This document shows positions 27,056-40,667 of a stretch of 64,000 nt of DNA, piece after piece (position 1 is the first letter of the stretch; every line of letters begins with the position of its first letter). The notes beneath the pieces are model-generated. The model saw only the letters and a list, made by a program, of their open reading frames with translations, did no database searches and had not been told where the DNA came from. Position numbers and translations under genes: made by a program. Origin of the DNA: Camelus dromedarius (taxonomy: Eukaryota); the NCBI RefSeq assembly GCF_036321535.1, contig NC_087438.1:9054001-9118000 (forward strand), given 5' to 3'.

Positions 27056-28529
27056 AATTATAGAGTAATACTTGGTATCAAACTAAAATGCACCATCCCG
27101 CTGGGTGCTATCTCAGTAGCTTATTCTTCAGCTTTTCCTGAAAAAGACCCTTAAAAATGTGCTACTCATGACACTGAGATGAAAAAAATACATATCAATG
27201 TTATTTTATTATTTAATAGTTAAGAAGTCTTTGTACATTTAACGTATAAAGCCAGCACATTAAAATACTTGATTTTTTTCATTGAATAAATGCCTCTTGA
27301 AAGAAAAAAAAAAAGAATTTAATGGTAATAGTGACACTCAAAAGCAAGGCAACTGTGTTTTTAAACAGTACAGAAATGCAAAAATGTAAGAAAGGGTTGA
27401 GGCTGTTGGATTATTGGCCTGGAATAAAGTAGGGAAAGGTGAGTTTTTCTCTCTTCAGGAGTTTGATACTAAATGTTTATGATGTGAAATTTGAGATTTC
27501 AGCCAAAGTGAATGAGAGAAGCGGTGGCTGTCTAATTCATGAAAAAGTTTGACCAAGTTGTCTCCTGCTGTTGCCTGGGGACCTGGCTTCATGAAATGTG
27601 CAGCCCAAGGAAGATGGAAGGCAGAGAACAGCCTGCTATCAGGAATTGAGTCTAACATACACAGGCCGAGTGACTGGATTTTAGATGTCATGACTGAAAC
27701 TCGAAGATCTAATTCTGAATTAGGGCCCTTGGATCTCCCAGTGAATCCAACCTCAGGACATCATGCAAGAGTTAGGGAAGGATGACAAGATAAAAGAGAC
27801 CAAAAGCAAGTACCTAGAAATGCACACAAGTTAAATGTGTAAGCTAGAATGGCATGAAGAAATATAAGAATCAGAAATTAGATTCACTCTGGAATATATG
27901 CAAACATTCTCAGATATACAGAGACACAAGTAGTATACACACCCACAGTCACATCCACACACAAGGAAATATTAAAGAATAGATTTTACCAAGAAGAATA
28001 TGGAAACAAGTAGAAAAAATAAGAATGAGCAAATGAATTCCCTAATGCATGACAAAGTAATAAATTATTGACTTTGAAACATATATTTTTCAATAATTTT
28101 AAAAGGAAACGGACACTGTAGATTTCATTAAAAAGATATATTCAGGCTGTGGGTCTGAGGTTTTGTGGTGTTAGTCAAAGTAAACGAAAATAGGTAAATG
28201 GGAAAAGGGTAGAGATTTAGAAATACTTAAAACTTTTAGAAAGTATCCTAAAATATGAATTTTAAAAATGGTATGTAGACACTATAGGGATAAAATATGT
28301 TGTATTGCTCCTAAAACAGCAGAGGCAATGCTTTAGGGGAGAAGATTATAGAAAGAAAGGTAACTTTGAGAAACTATGCAGTGAAAGGAAAAAGGAGAAC
28401 ATGGGGAATTTAGCTTCCTGGAAGAAGAAAAGATTACCAAAAAAAACCGAAACAGAACAAAACAAAAAGTATTCTTTTATGCTACCCTCCACGGTAACAA
28501 AAAACCGTGGAGGGTAACAAAAAACAGAA

Positions 28530-29080
28530 GTCCCCATACTTTACTACACTGACAGCTCACGCTAAAGAGAAATCCCATAAATGAGCTGAAAGTACCTCCC
28601 CACAAACATCTTTCTAATTATGAAGGGGAAGATAGTAATTTACAGTGAAGAAAACTGGCACACACTTCTTCAACCAAGTGATTACAGTTAATGTCACCAC
28701 TAATGACGCCCATCCATATAAAGTACCCCCTAATCTAAGGCATTGAGAAGAACACAGAGTCTGTTCAGTGATGTTGATGCAAAAAATATATTACCTGAAT
28801 CAAATCATGAAGGCAGTTCAGAAAAATCTAACTGAAAGGATATTTTATATAAGATAATGGTGTCCTGTCTGCAACTCTGCAATGTGCTGCCAAATGATTC
28901 AGAAAAATATAGAAGGCAGGACAAAGAGAGAGAAAGAGAGGAACATAAGAGCATTCAAAACTTACAGCTAATACAGCAGAATCCTTGACAGTAGGGGACG
29001 TGGGTGAAATATATTTGTGCAAGAATTTTGTACGATTCTTGTAACTATCCTTTAAGCTTGAAATTTCATCAAAATAATTG
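28530..29080 (+). mobile_element. Old L1 (L1MC/MD-like) 3'UTR remnant
   Basis: 'atttacagtgaagaaaactggcacac...aaccaagtgatt' and a 'cttgtaactatcctttaagcttgaaattt' ending. Boundaries approximate. Confidence 0.6.
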
Positions 29081-29854
29081 TTTTACTTTAAAAGAACAGT
29101 GTACAAGTGATGCTAGAAGTGTTTCAATAATTATAAAGTTTTAAAAACTGTACAGTAAAATATTAAGACTGGAATTTAGTAAGATTCCTTAATGAACTCT
29201 TTTGAGGTAAAAATTAAAATAAAATGACAAGGAATGTAATAACTAAAGAATGAGAAGTATAAATTAAAAAAAACACAAAACAAAAACAAACAAAAAAAGA
29301 ATGGAAAGTAAAAAAAATGAAAAGAGGGAGTAATGCCACAAGAATGCAAAATAACTATGGACTTGTAGGCATTAATATATACTCAAAAAGTGAAAGTACT
29401 AGAAGAATAATTCTATACAATATGTTATTGGTAGAATTAGCATATTTACATCTTCTTGAACCAGACAATTAGAAGATAAACCATTTTTTTTTCCAAACAT
29501 GAAGTGAATATTAAAAAAACCTGTTCATTGTCACAAAAATGTGTGATAAATTAAAAAATGTAAATATAACACTGATTATAATTATATTTTCTAATCAAAA
29601 TGAAATTAGTTTAAATATCAATGATCAAAGTTAGACAAGTCCTAGTATGTTTAGAGATTTAAACTTACAATATTAAATACATTATTTTATGAATTTACTC
29701 TGTATTCACATTAAGGTTATTCAAATAATTTACAAAAATAAAATATTATAGGCCCCCTTATTTATAAATGTAAGCATAAATATTTTGAGTTAATTATAAA
29801 CTTGCCAGTTGGGAAAATAACATATATAGTTAGTACTTTAAAATCCATCACTAA

Positions 29855-32800
29855 TATCCAGTTTCTGGTCTAACATGTAAAGTCACCACTCCCATCCTCA
29901 CAACAAGGAAAAAGTTGAAAAACCTGAAAATCAACAACTCTTCTTAAATGATCAGAGAATTTAAGTCACAGGGCAAACCTCGTAAACTGAAGATACAGGC
30001 AGAAAAAGAGAAGGATTGTTTACTGGGAGAAGAAACCATCATTAGGGCCAAGACTGAATAGCAATATTTATAGGATAATTGATTAATTGCTGTAGGATAA
30101 ACATGAGCAAGCTTGAGAGGTTAAGAACTCCTGGAGGAATAACAGCCTTTTGGGGGTCCCCACATTTTCATAAGCCTGACTCTCAAAATTCTTACCAGAT
30201 GACAATGGTAAGAATTAGAGAAAAATCCCCACATGCTTTCAGCAGAAAAAGAGAAAAAGTAACCATTTAGACATATGCTTAGAGTGTTTTATGCTTCTTA
30301 ACAAGGATCTGACCTCAATGGAAACTATAATGCCAAATAACTGACATAAGTTAGCTCATATGCAGGGGGAGACCACTCAGTTCCAGCCCCCTTGAGTCTT
30401 TCCATCTCACATAAGAGTTTAAAAAAATAAACAAAAAACTTGAGAAGCAATTGTGAAGGTCACAAATGGTGGTACAGTGGCTCACTACAGATAGAGAACT
30501 AATCATGGGATTATAGAAGGCATCTTCTGTCCTGCATTTTACCACACCATCAACAGAGATCCTGTAAAAATACAGAGTATTATGGCTGAGAAAAGGTTCT
30601 GAACCTGTATAAGAAGGAGTTATCAGGGAAACCCCAAGATTTCGGGGGAAACAAAAAGGAGACCGGAGAAATTGAAGCCTCTGATATCTACAGGTACAGT
30701 AAGTAATAAATACAGCCTAACTCCTAGCCAGATAAACATAAAGCCTCACACCAAAGGCCAGCTTACCTCAGTGTCTTTTCCTCAATACCTTAAGTACAGC
30801 TGTCAAAAATCAAGGCATATTCAAAGGCAGAAATTACCAAAAAAGTTGAAGAGACAATACAAATAGCAGAAGCAGACTGAGACATGGCAGAATTTTTGGA
30901 ATTATCAGACCAGGAGTATAAAATATCTATGAGGGATATACTTAGAACACTAATGGAAAAAGTGGACAACGTGCAAGAACAAATGGGTAATATAAGCAGG
31001 GAGATGGAAATGGTAAGAAATAATCTAAATAAAATGTTAGAAATAAAAACACTGTAACAGAAAGGAGAAGCAATTTCTATGGACCCATCAGTAGACTGTA
31101 CACAGCTAAGAAAAGAATGCGATATTGAAAACATATTAATAGAAACTTCTCAACCTTAAAAACAAAAAAAGATAAAAGGCTGGACAAAATGGGACAGAAT
31201 ACCTAAGAAACTTGGGGCAATTACAAAAGGTGTGATACACAAATAATGAGTATAGCAGAAGGAGAAGAAAGAAAATAAGGGAAAAAAACCCAAATATTTG
31301 AAGTAATACAGACTGAGAAATCCCCATAATTATTGGCAGACACCAAACTATAAATCCAGGAAACTTACAGAACTCCAAGCAGGATGAATACCAAAACCAA
31401 ACCAAACCAAACCAAAACAAACCAAAACAAAAACCCAACAGCTAGGCCTATCACATACAAAATATAGAAAATCAAAACCAAACATAAACTCTTCAAAGAA
31501 GCCGGTGGTGGAGGAAACACCTGCCTTATAGAGGAACAAAGATAAGAATTATATCTGACTTTTCTAGAACCCATGTAAGCAAGAATGGAATGGAGTTAAA
31601 TAAATAAACTGTTAAAATGAATTTTTTTAAAAAAACTTCAAAATCTAGAACTCTTAATCCAGCAAAAATATCCTCAAAAGTAAAGAAGAAATAATGACTC
31701 AAAAATAATTGAAGAAAATTGTTGACAGCAGATCTATTTTACAAGAAATGGCCAAAGGTTTTATAGAGAAAAGGAAAATGATAGAAGTCAGAAACTCAGA
31801 TTCACATCAAGAAAGCAAGAGTGTTCAAGAAGGAATAAATATTTTTTCTTTTTCTTACTATAACAGATAAGTTTATTCAAAATAATAATAGCAACAATGT
31901 AAGCAATGATTATGACTTATGAATAATTGAAATAAATGGTGGCAATGAAATAAGGGACAGGAGGGGAGAATTAGGAACATTTTGTTATAGAGTAGTGCAC
32001 TACCTGTGAGATAGCATGGTGGCAATTAAAAGTGGACTTATATTAGTTGTAAATATATATTGAAAACTTTAGGGCAACTAATAAAAAAGTTTTTTTTAAA
32101 GGTATATAATTGGTATGTTAATAAAAGAGAAAAAAATGGAATCAGTAAAATGCTCAATTAAAACCACTAAAGGCAAAAAAAAAGTGAAAAACAAAAAAGG
32201 AACAAAGAATAAAGATAAGTATTAGAAAACATGAATGAAAATGGTAGATATCAATCAAAGTATATCAATAATCACATGTGTTAGAATGGCTAAGATCTAA
32301 AATACATACAAGACTAAATGCTGGTGAAGGTGTGGAGCGATATGAACTCTCAGTGCTGGTTGGATTCGAAATAGTACCCACTTCACACTTTGTCACTATG
32401 GAAGACAGTCTGGCAGTTTCTTACAAAGCCAAATCTCAATTTACCATACAATTCTCTGATCATTTTCCTAGCTATTTACCCAAATGTATTGAAAATAGAC
32501 GTCCACACAAAAACTTGCATCTGAATATTTGTAACATCTTTACATATAATAGCCAAAAATTAGAAGCAACCACGATATCCTTCAATAGGTAAGTGTATGA
32601 AAATAAAAATGAGCTATCAAGCCATGTACAGACATTGCAGAAACTTAAATGTATTTGCTGTATTAGTTTGTTAGGGCTGCTTTAACAAAGTATCACAGAT
32701 TGAAAATATATTTTTCACAACACTGAGGGTGGGAATCCAAAATCAAGGTGCCAGCAGGTTTGGTTTCTCCTCAGGTGTCTCTCCTTGGCTTGCAGACGGC

Positions 32801-33470
32801 TGTCTTCTCTCCGTGTCCTAACTTTCTCTCTGCTTGCACATCCTTGGTGTTTCCTCCTTCTTATAAGGACACCAGTCGTATTGGTGTATTGATTGAGGCT
32901 GCATCCTCATGACCTCATTTAACCTTAATACCTCTTCAAAGGCCATGTCTGCTAATACAGTCACATTGGTAGTTAGGGCTTCAGTGTAAGAAATCTGGGG
33001 GACACACATCAGTCCATACAGCTGCTGAGTGAAAGTCCAGGCTAAAATGGCTACACACTGTGTGCTTCCAACTATATAATATTCTGGGAAATGCAAAATG
33101 ATGGATGCGGTAACAGGATTGGTGTTTGGTGGGTGGGTGCAGGTGGAAGGAATGGGGTGAGTCTGTGGAGCACAAGTCATTGCTGAAGCAGTAAAATGCT
33201 TCCCTATCAATCTGTGCAGGTACATACATGATATTATACATTTGTCAATACCTACAGAACGTACACCACCAAGAAGGAACTGCAATGTAAACTCTGGACC
33301 TCAGCTAATAATACTGTATCTGTATTGGTTCCTCAGCGGTTGCAAACGTATCGCATAATGCAGTGTTAATTACAGAAGAAACTACATGGAGGGTAGGAAC
33401 TCTGGGTACATCTGTGTAATATTTCTGTAAAACTAAACCTGAACAAATTAAATCTACTAGTGGAAAAAAA
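29855..33470 (+). mobile_element. Old L1M mosaic (5'UTR/ORF1 remnants plus 3' end) interrupted by an MLT1
   Basis: ORF1-like 'gacatggcagaatttttggaattatcagaccaggag' and 'gataagaattatatctgacttt'; 3'-region phrases from 32280 onward. Confidence 0.75.
32659..33020 (-). mobile_element. MaLR LTR (MLT1A/B-like) nested in L1
   Basis: TGTATTAGTTTGTTAGGGCTGC...CAGTCCATACA termini; internal 'cttataaggacaccagtcgtattgg'. Confidence 0.85.
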
Positions 33471-34044
33471 ATTAATGAAAATGAAATTTTCATGTGAGAA
33501 ATGCAATAACGTTCACTTAAAATAGTCTAAATGAGGAAAAACACTACTTAGCTAGTCTCACCCTACATGTAAAACAAATTGTAAGCAGTAACTAATAATT
33601 CATGATGAAGTTTTAATTGCAAACAGAAAAGAAATATTATTAACCCAATAATCATTTTCTATGTACAACCCTTAACAAACACCATCCACTTTGGTGCATA
33701 TTTCACGTCATTCCTGTCGGATCCATAAACCATCATTTGTGTACTCTGACCACTTCTATTCACTATTATATTGGAGGTGACAATCAATGCAATGAGTTTA
33801 GAGTTTTCAAATAAAAATGGAATTTGTTAAGAAAATTTATGATTCAAGAAAATATTGTCTACCTACTAAACACTGGTGGGCATACAAACTATAAGAAATA
33901 GCAAAATGATCAGCATTAAAATTAAAAAAAAAGTCAATAGCATTATTGGATATCAATAAGAAAACATAGGAGAAAAATATAATAGATGCTAGGAAAGGAA
34001 ATAGGTAACCAATTTAACAAAAAAATATCTTCAGGGTTCTTGCT

Positions 34045-34195
34045 ACATACACACACACACGTAACTATGAGGTGATGGATGGATGTTTAACTTGATTGTG
34101 GTAATTATTTCATGATGTGTATGCATATCAAAACATCTCATTGTACACTTTAATTACATACAAATTTTAGTTGTCAGTTATACCTCAATAAAACT
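34045..34195 (+). mobile_element. L1 3' terminal fragment
   Basis: 'gtaactatgaggtgatggat...tatacctcaataaaac'. Confidence 0.75.
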
Positions 34196-35902
34196 TTTTA
34201 TAAAGTCCCACTGAATGCCTAAATGGTATCTCTTGAGTGACATTTGGAAGAAACTGACTGACATCCCAATGGTGGAGCTCACGGACTTTTGAAGGTCAAA
34301 GCAAGACTGCCTACTATTCTAGTAAATGAATGCAATGGGATAGATTTTGATGCTTCTATGTGTATTTGTGTACACACATAATTTTTAAACAGAAAATGTG
34401 TCAGTAGTATTGGAATCTAAATTTAACACAATTTGAAAATAATTAAGTTGGATGATTTCAATTTAAATTTGTTTTCTCTATATACAGAATCTGGTATAGT
34501 ATGTTTTGCACAGAACAAGAATAGGTAACGAGAAAGTATGACTTTGTGAATATTTATTTTCATTTAGTTTCTCTTTATATTAAGTTAAATAAGTGATGTT
34601 AAGAAATATACACAAAGAAAATTAATTTAGTGGCCTTCTCCTTTTAATTTTTCTACTTTTTGTTCTTAATTTAGGGCCAATGTATACAATTATACTATGT
34701 CTCCCAGTGCTTTGTGTGTTCTTAAAGAGAACTAAAAGGTTCTATCCAAATTTAAGGGATTTTAGATATGATTTTAAGAAAGTAGCCTTATTATCCATCT
34801 CCATGTTTATTCACATACATATGCTTTTGCATTGCCCTCAGTTACTCCATTTCAGGGTTATGGGGGAAAATGAAAAGAAATCACGGTTTAATTTTTACCA
34901 CCTTGAAATTACATTTTCCCTGGACATTTTGATAATGATCCTCAAAGAGAGATTCAAGATTACATCATTTATTTTTATATTTTCTGGGGAAAATAAGAAT
35001 GTGTCTACTTTAGCCCACTGTTCATGAATTTCTCTACGTCTATTTGCTAAAATCTCAAACACAGTAAAACAGAATTGACCTATTTCTCTAGCTTTTATTA
35101 CTCCTTGCCTCCCAAAGAAACAGCAATAACAAGCTATGTATGTGCCTGGGGAATGTGAAAATGATGTCAGTGATCAGCCTTCCATTGTCTTTTTTTTGAC
35201 TAAGCTGAAATCCAAATGGGAAGAGAGCACATTATATTACCATATAATTTAACATGACAAAGGCAAAAGATCTGAAACTGGAAATGGGAACATTGATTGA
35301 CCTTTAAATAAAACTCTCTGGCTATGTTTCTATCCATAAGGCTCATACTGACAGGATAGATCCTGAAACACTATCAGCTTAAGATACTGGAGTTAAGATA
35401 TAATAAATACCATTTTATGAAACTGTAAATATAACACTCAACTTGGTTAAAGATGTGATTCATGAGTCACAGTTTAATTATTTCCACCTTTATTGTTTAA
35501 TCAATATCCACTTCACCTCTTATCGCTGGAGGCAGAGATAAAACCAACACATTAAAACATTACTGTGATATTGGAATGTATTTATTGAGAATTATTTCAA
35601 TAAACTTTCGATAGCTTATCTCTTTTCTACATTTATTAAACTGCTGTCAGAGGATTACACTTTTGACTGAGTGAAACATAACAAGAAATCTGTTTTTGGG
35701 TGTGAGATGATACTTATTTTTGGAAGGGGCTATTTAGGATCAGGCTATCAGGTAAAATTTGCCTTTATTTACCTGGATAGCATTACATTCATTTGGAAGG
35801 CAATTCTCATTTTTAAGGATCTGCCTCATAAAAAAGTAAAAGGCATTTAACTATGATGAAAGACTAGACTATTTTCTCATGAGAGTCCATGTAGTTTCAG
35901 AT

Positions 35903-35982
35903 TGAATTTTAAGATAATCAAATCACTGAATGTACTTTAACATGAATTTTAAGATAATCAAATCTCTGAATGTGCTTTAACA
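35903..35982 (+). repeat. Tandem duplication, 2 x 40 bp
   Basis: tgaattttaagataatcaaatc(a/t)ctgaatgt(a/g)ctttaaca twice, 2 mismatches. Confidence 0.95.
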
Positions 35983-36739
35983 GTCGATCGGTGAAGCACT
36001 GCAGGATCTCAGGTGTATTTCAAGAACTTTGAACCCAACAAGCTACTAAGTATCCTCATCAGTAACTTCCTCTAAAGAATCCCAAGGCATATTATACCAT
36101 CAGAGTATAAATGCTTAAAGTGGAGCTTGTCACACATTTGACTAAAGAAGAAGTTCTAAGTCTTTCTGAATTTACAGCAAAGCTTGTCACATGGCAGCAC
36201 CATTCACTTTTAGTGAGTCTCTCACATCTCTGACTTCTGTCTTTGATACTGTTTATTTTGATCTTGCCTTTTGTCTTCTGTTGAGCATCTCCATTCTTTG
36301 TCCTGATGGCTTCCTTCTGTTATCATCTGTCAGGAGGATGGGAAATGATATTTCAGCGCAAGGCACTGAGGGGATGTATAATTCATTTAGAAAGTCTTGA
36401 TGTCAGAAGTACTTTAAGAATCACATTAAATGATTTACCCAAGCAAAATTTGAGCCAAAGCAGGATGCCCTTTAAGATAAAATAGCTGACTATGACCATC
36501 ATCTATGGGGCAAACATGGTACCTTTAATATAATTATAAAAATTATAGAAATGAAATTTATTAAATTTAAATACTTTCTTAGATTTCAATTTTGACAATA
36601 AAATCATTACAGCACAATATTTCTAAGAGGAAATACCAAATCTAAATCAAAAATAATATTAATTTCTTCTTAATTTCTATATTGTTTCCTTCCTCCCTTC
36701 CCTCCTTTTTCCTTCCTTCCTTCCTTTCTTTCTCTTCTT

Positions 36740-37500
36740 TCATCCAAAATTTACTGAGTGCTTACTGCATGCCAGATACTGTTTTAGATACATAAGTAAA
36801 TAATAATTCTAGCCATAATTATAATAATAAAAGATTTCTGCCAAGTGTAGCTTATATTCAGTTTGGAATAGTCAGAAAAAAAATCTATAATAAATTTTAA
36901 ATGGCATGATATATTAGAAGATGATATGTGCTACTGAAAAATAGGAAAATTTAAAAGGATTATCAATTATTTATAATCAGAGTAAATACTTTTGAAATGT
37001 GAAAATAATCCAAGAATAGTGGAACAGGATAGATATAATTGTATGATCATCTTCCATAGACAGAGAAAAATATTTTACCACAATTCAATGCCATTTAAAG
37101 ACATAATGAAAATAATTCTCTTCGTAAAGTAGAGAGAGACTTGTTTAGAGATTTTATGAAATGGTCAAGGGACAGCGAGTAATTTATTTATTTTGATGGA
37201 TACTGGAATTCAGGGAAACATCTGATTATAAATTTTGAAAGCATCAGCAGTGAGATGATACTTAAAACCATGAGACTGGATGAGTTCATGTAGAAAAGTG
37301 AGTGTAGACAGAGATTTTGGAAGACAGATCCTGTGAGGTTGAAAAGATAAGGAGAAAAATGTCGAAGTAGGCTAACAAGTCTAGTTAAATTGGAGAAAAA
37401 AAGCCAAGGAGAGTATGTTTACTACTGTCCAATGAAACACTGGTTAAGTTGAGAAAAAACTTTGTTAAATGATGTTAGCAAATCATGTAATATAGTACTG
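36740..37500 (-). mobile_element. L2 remnants
   Basis: 'aaatttactgagtgcttactgcatgccagatactgttttagata' and 'ttaaaaccatgagactggatgagttcatgtag'. Confidence 0.65.
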
Positions 37501-38763
37501 AGAAATAAATTAAAAATAAATTGGAAGAAGATAAAATATAAAACATTGCATAATTTATTTGAAAATCACTCTAAGAAATTATATTCCTCCTCACATGGTC
37601 ACGTCTCATAGATGGAGAAAGTAAGCTTCCATAATTCAATACCCATTAAAGATAAAAAGGGTCAGTTACACCGAGGTATATAGTAATCCTTTATTTTCCT
37701 ATTGTTTCAATACCATGAAGACACCAAATTGGCCAGATGTCACACTGAATTTATGGAATCATTGTGAACTTTGAAAGAAAAATATCAAAACCAATCAAAT
37801 GGTGGGTAGGTAAGGAAAATTTTTAAATGAGGGTATTTTTAGACTTACTAATAAGAGGATCCATTCACACTTGGGACTCCTTATTTTTATTATACTTCAC
37901 GTTTTTATTGTTAATCTGACTGATTTTCTGGGTTTATTAAGCCATGAAGATGAGTTTCTGCTATTTTCAAAGCCTAGAAAAGTAGTGAGGATAACTCGGA
38001 ACATTCCAAACTTATGTTTTCTCCAAATTTGCCTGTATATTGTTGGCTACTATAATTTTATATTATTGGCTACTATAATGTTTAGCATCATCCTTTATTA
38101 AAAAATAAATATTCAAATATAGCTTTGCTATTCTGTGACAATTTACTTCTTCAAATTACTGAGTTTTAATTAGATTAGTAGCCTAAAATGAGAATTTTGA
38201 TTCCTATAAAAATTTCCTACACGTATCTAATAGGGTATTCTGACTAAAATGGCAAGATTAGAAAAAATAATTTAATATTGAAATTTTTTGAGTCTACCTT
38301 CATTTTTAAATTTGCATTTATACAATATAAACTAGTTTTTTGTTTACTTCAATTTGATTCTTGGTGATGTAGCCAACATTTTCTCGGTACACTGTCTCAT
38401 AACAATCATTAAACCTTCAAAGGCGAATTTATTTTTTATTTCACATTTACTGTGTTTTCAAAATGTAAGATCTGGTTTTATTAGTAAACATTTCATTTAA
38501 AGCAGTGTATTTTAATAAATTATCCCTCTGTTCTTTCCTTTTAGTGCATGATTGCATAAAATATACATTAAGATGTGGTCTCTAATTTTTATACTCTTTG
38601 AAACAGGAATATTTGCCTTTTTTAAGAAGGTAAAATTTATAACAATCATCTATTTTAATATTTCCACGTAGCTTCAAGTTTGGAAAGTGAAGATTTTTAT
38701 CATGTTTTTAAGGATTTTTACAAGCTGACCATGCTTTCTCAGTTTGCTTTTTGACAGTTACTA

Positions 38764-39582
38764 TGTTGCCACAAAACCGACTTCTGTACACTGAAAGCCA
38801 GATTGAGACTCAGAGTTAGAGTTTTTGGAGAAAAAGAACAGCTTTATTGCTTTGCCAGACAAAGGGGAGTTAATGTCTTAAAGACTGTGTATCTGTCTGG
38901 GGGTGTGGTCTTGAGGTTTTATAGAAAAACTGGATGGATCCAAAAAGGTGATAAAAGTCAGTGCATTTTATAGGATGCTAGTACATTCCTCTTAACCTCC
39001 CCATCTCGGGGAACTGCAGAGGGTCTGTGCATTCTCCTGAGATTATCAGCCTGCTCCTCCAAATAGACCTGTGAATTTAATTATTTGCACCCCGTATTGA
39101 GGTTTTGAAGGAGTAAGAAAGGAACTAAACCTCCCTGATGCTAAAACAGCTTGCTGATTCTGACTGAGAAATCCTGCATTTGCTTTCTCTCCCTTACTGC
39201 TTTTGTGCTAAGCAACCCCACACTTCTCCCTCACGTTCTTTATAATAGCTTTAACCCAGAGGCTGCGCTCCAGGAAGAAGGTACTGGGTTGATAATCTCA
39301 GAATGGACAGACCCTCTGCGGTTCCCCATGACTCCAAGGTTAAGGGGAATGTAGCAGCAGCTTGTAAAGCTCCCTGACTGTTACCAACTTTTCTGTTCCA
39401 TCCAGTTTTTCTATAAAACCTCAAGACCCCACCCCCAAGATGGATTCACAGTCTCCAAGACATGAGCCTTCTATGACTCCCCTTTGCCTGGCAAAGCAAT
39501 AAAGCTGTTCTTTTTCTCCCGAAACTCTGCCTCTGAGTCTCAGTCTGGCTTTTGGGGTGCAGAGGTCGGTTTTGCGGCAACA
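38764..39582. mobile_element. Palindromic ERV1-type LTR element (arms 38764-39053 and 39284-39582)
   Basis: TGTTGCC...GGCAACA termini. Arms roughly 80% identical in inverted orientation. Outward-facing TATAAAA and AATAAA on both strands. Confidence 0.8.
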
Positions 39583-39778
39583 GTTTCACAGTATACAGAT
39601 GGACATCAATACCTCACAAGAGAGCTGTAAACATTTGTGGGGGAAAAAGTACGTTGAGAACTTGGCACAGTACGTGGCAACAATAATCACTTGCTGAATA
39701 ATGGCAATTTTTAAACGAACATTTAAAGTTTTAATTGAAGGATTTACACTGATTATTACATCTTTTGAAGTTTGTAAT

Positions 39779-40359
39779 TGTTACCAGGTGGAAGGACCCC
39801 TAAGTTAGGAAGCCCACCTAAGTGTGCATTCTTGCCACAGGCTGTGAAAGAATTCGCACAGCAGAGGCAGAGGGACAAAGCTTTATTGCTCCAAAGGGGA
39901 AAAGGAAGGAAAGTGCTCCAGCAGGGAGAAGGGAAGATGAGCACCTGAGAGAGGACGAGGTGCTTGAGCTGGGAGCTGCCAGCCAGGCTGGCTCTGGCCT
40001 GGGTCGGGCCATGCGGGCTTTTATGGGAAGCTTCTGCCACCATGCCCTCCTTCTGGGTGTGATGAGCCAATCAGTCCTTGTTCGAGTTTTTTGGTCCTTG
40101 TATATGGACTTTTCTGGTTGTTGTCATGGTAATCGTCAACTCTCATGCGCTGGTGAGTGTGTCATTTAGGATGCTCATGCATTCCAGTGAGCGTGTAATG
40201 AGGCTCAAGGTCCGCTGGAAGTCAAAGCCTCCACCACCTTGGACGCCAATGGTTCTGACCAGTTCCTGTTTCTTTCTTCAGCTGCCTCCTGAGACTTAGT
40301 CAGTTTCTAGATGAGGGAGGGGCAGGAGTATGATCCTGGGGGCAACAGCCTTAGCAACA
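39779..40359 (-). mobile_element. ERV1 (MER4-group-like) solo LTR
   Basis: TGTTACC...AGCAACA termini; minus-strand AATAAA ('gctttattg') near 39882; internal MER51/57-like phrasing. Confidence 0.75.
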
Positions 40360-40667
40360 AAAAGGAAAGTTGCTTTTAATCAGAATGCCTGTAATCTGGT
40401 GGATCCAGCACCCCACCCCCCATCCCGCTCAAATCATCTCCAAAAACTCTGTTCAGCCATGAAAGTTCTAAAGGGAGATGAAGGAATAATCCCAATTAAT
40501 TGTTGAAATAGGTGGACAGAGTCATTGTCATCCCCCAGTGCTTGCAGGCTTGTCCTCAACTGCTTGAGCCTGCTCTTCTATGACTCAGGGAGGCCTGGGA
40601 GACCAGCCTTTCTATAAATAAGAGGCAGGGGTTCAGAGGGGAGAGCACAGGGTTTGCCTCCCTTTCA
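40360..40667 (-). mobile_element. Adjacent ERV1-type LTR fragment
   Basis: 'gttgcttttaatcagaatgcc...ctttctataaataagaggcagg...cctttca' has LTR-like character. Confidence 0.45.
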
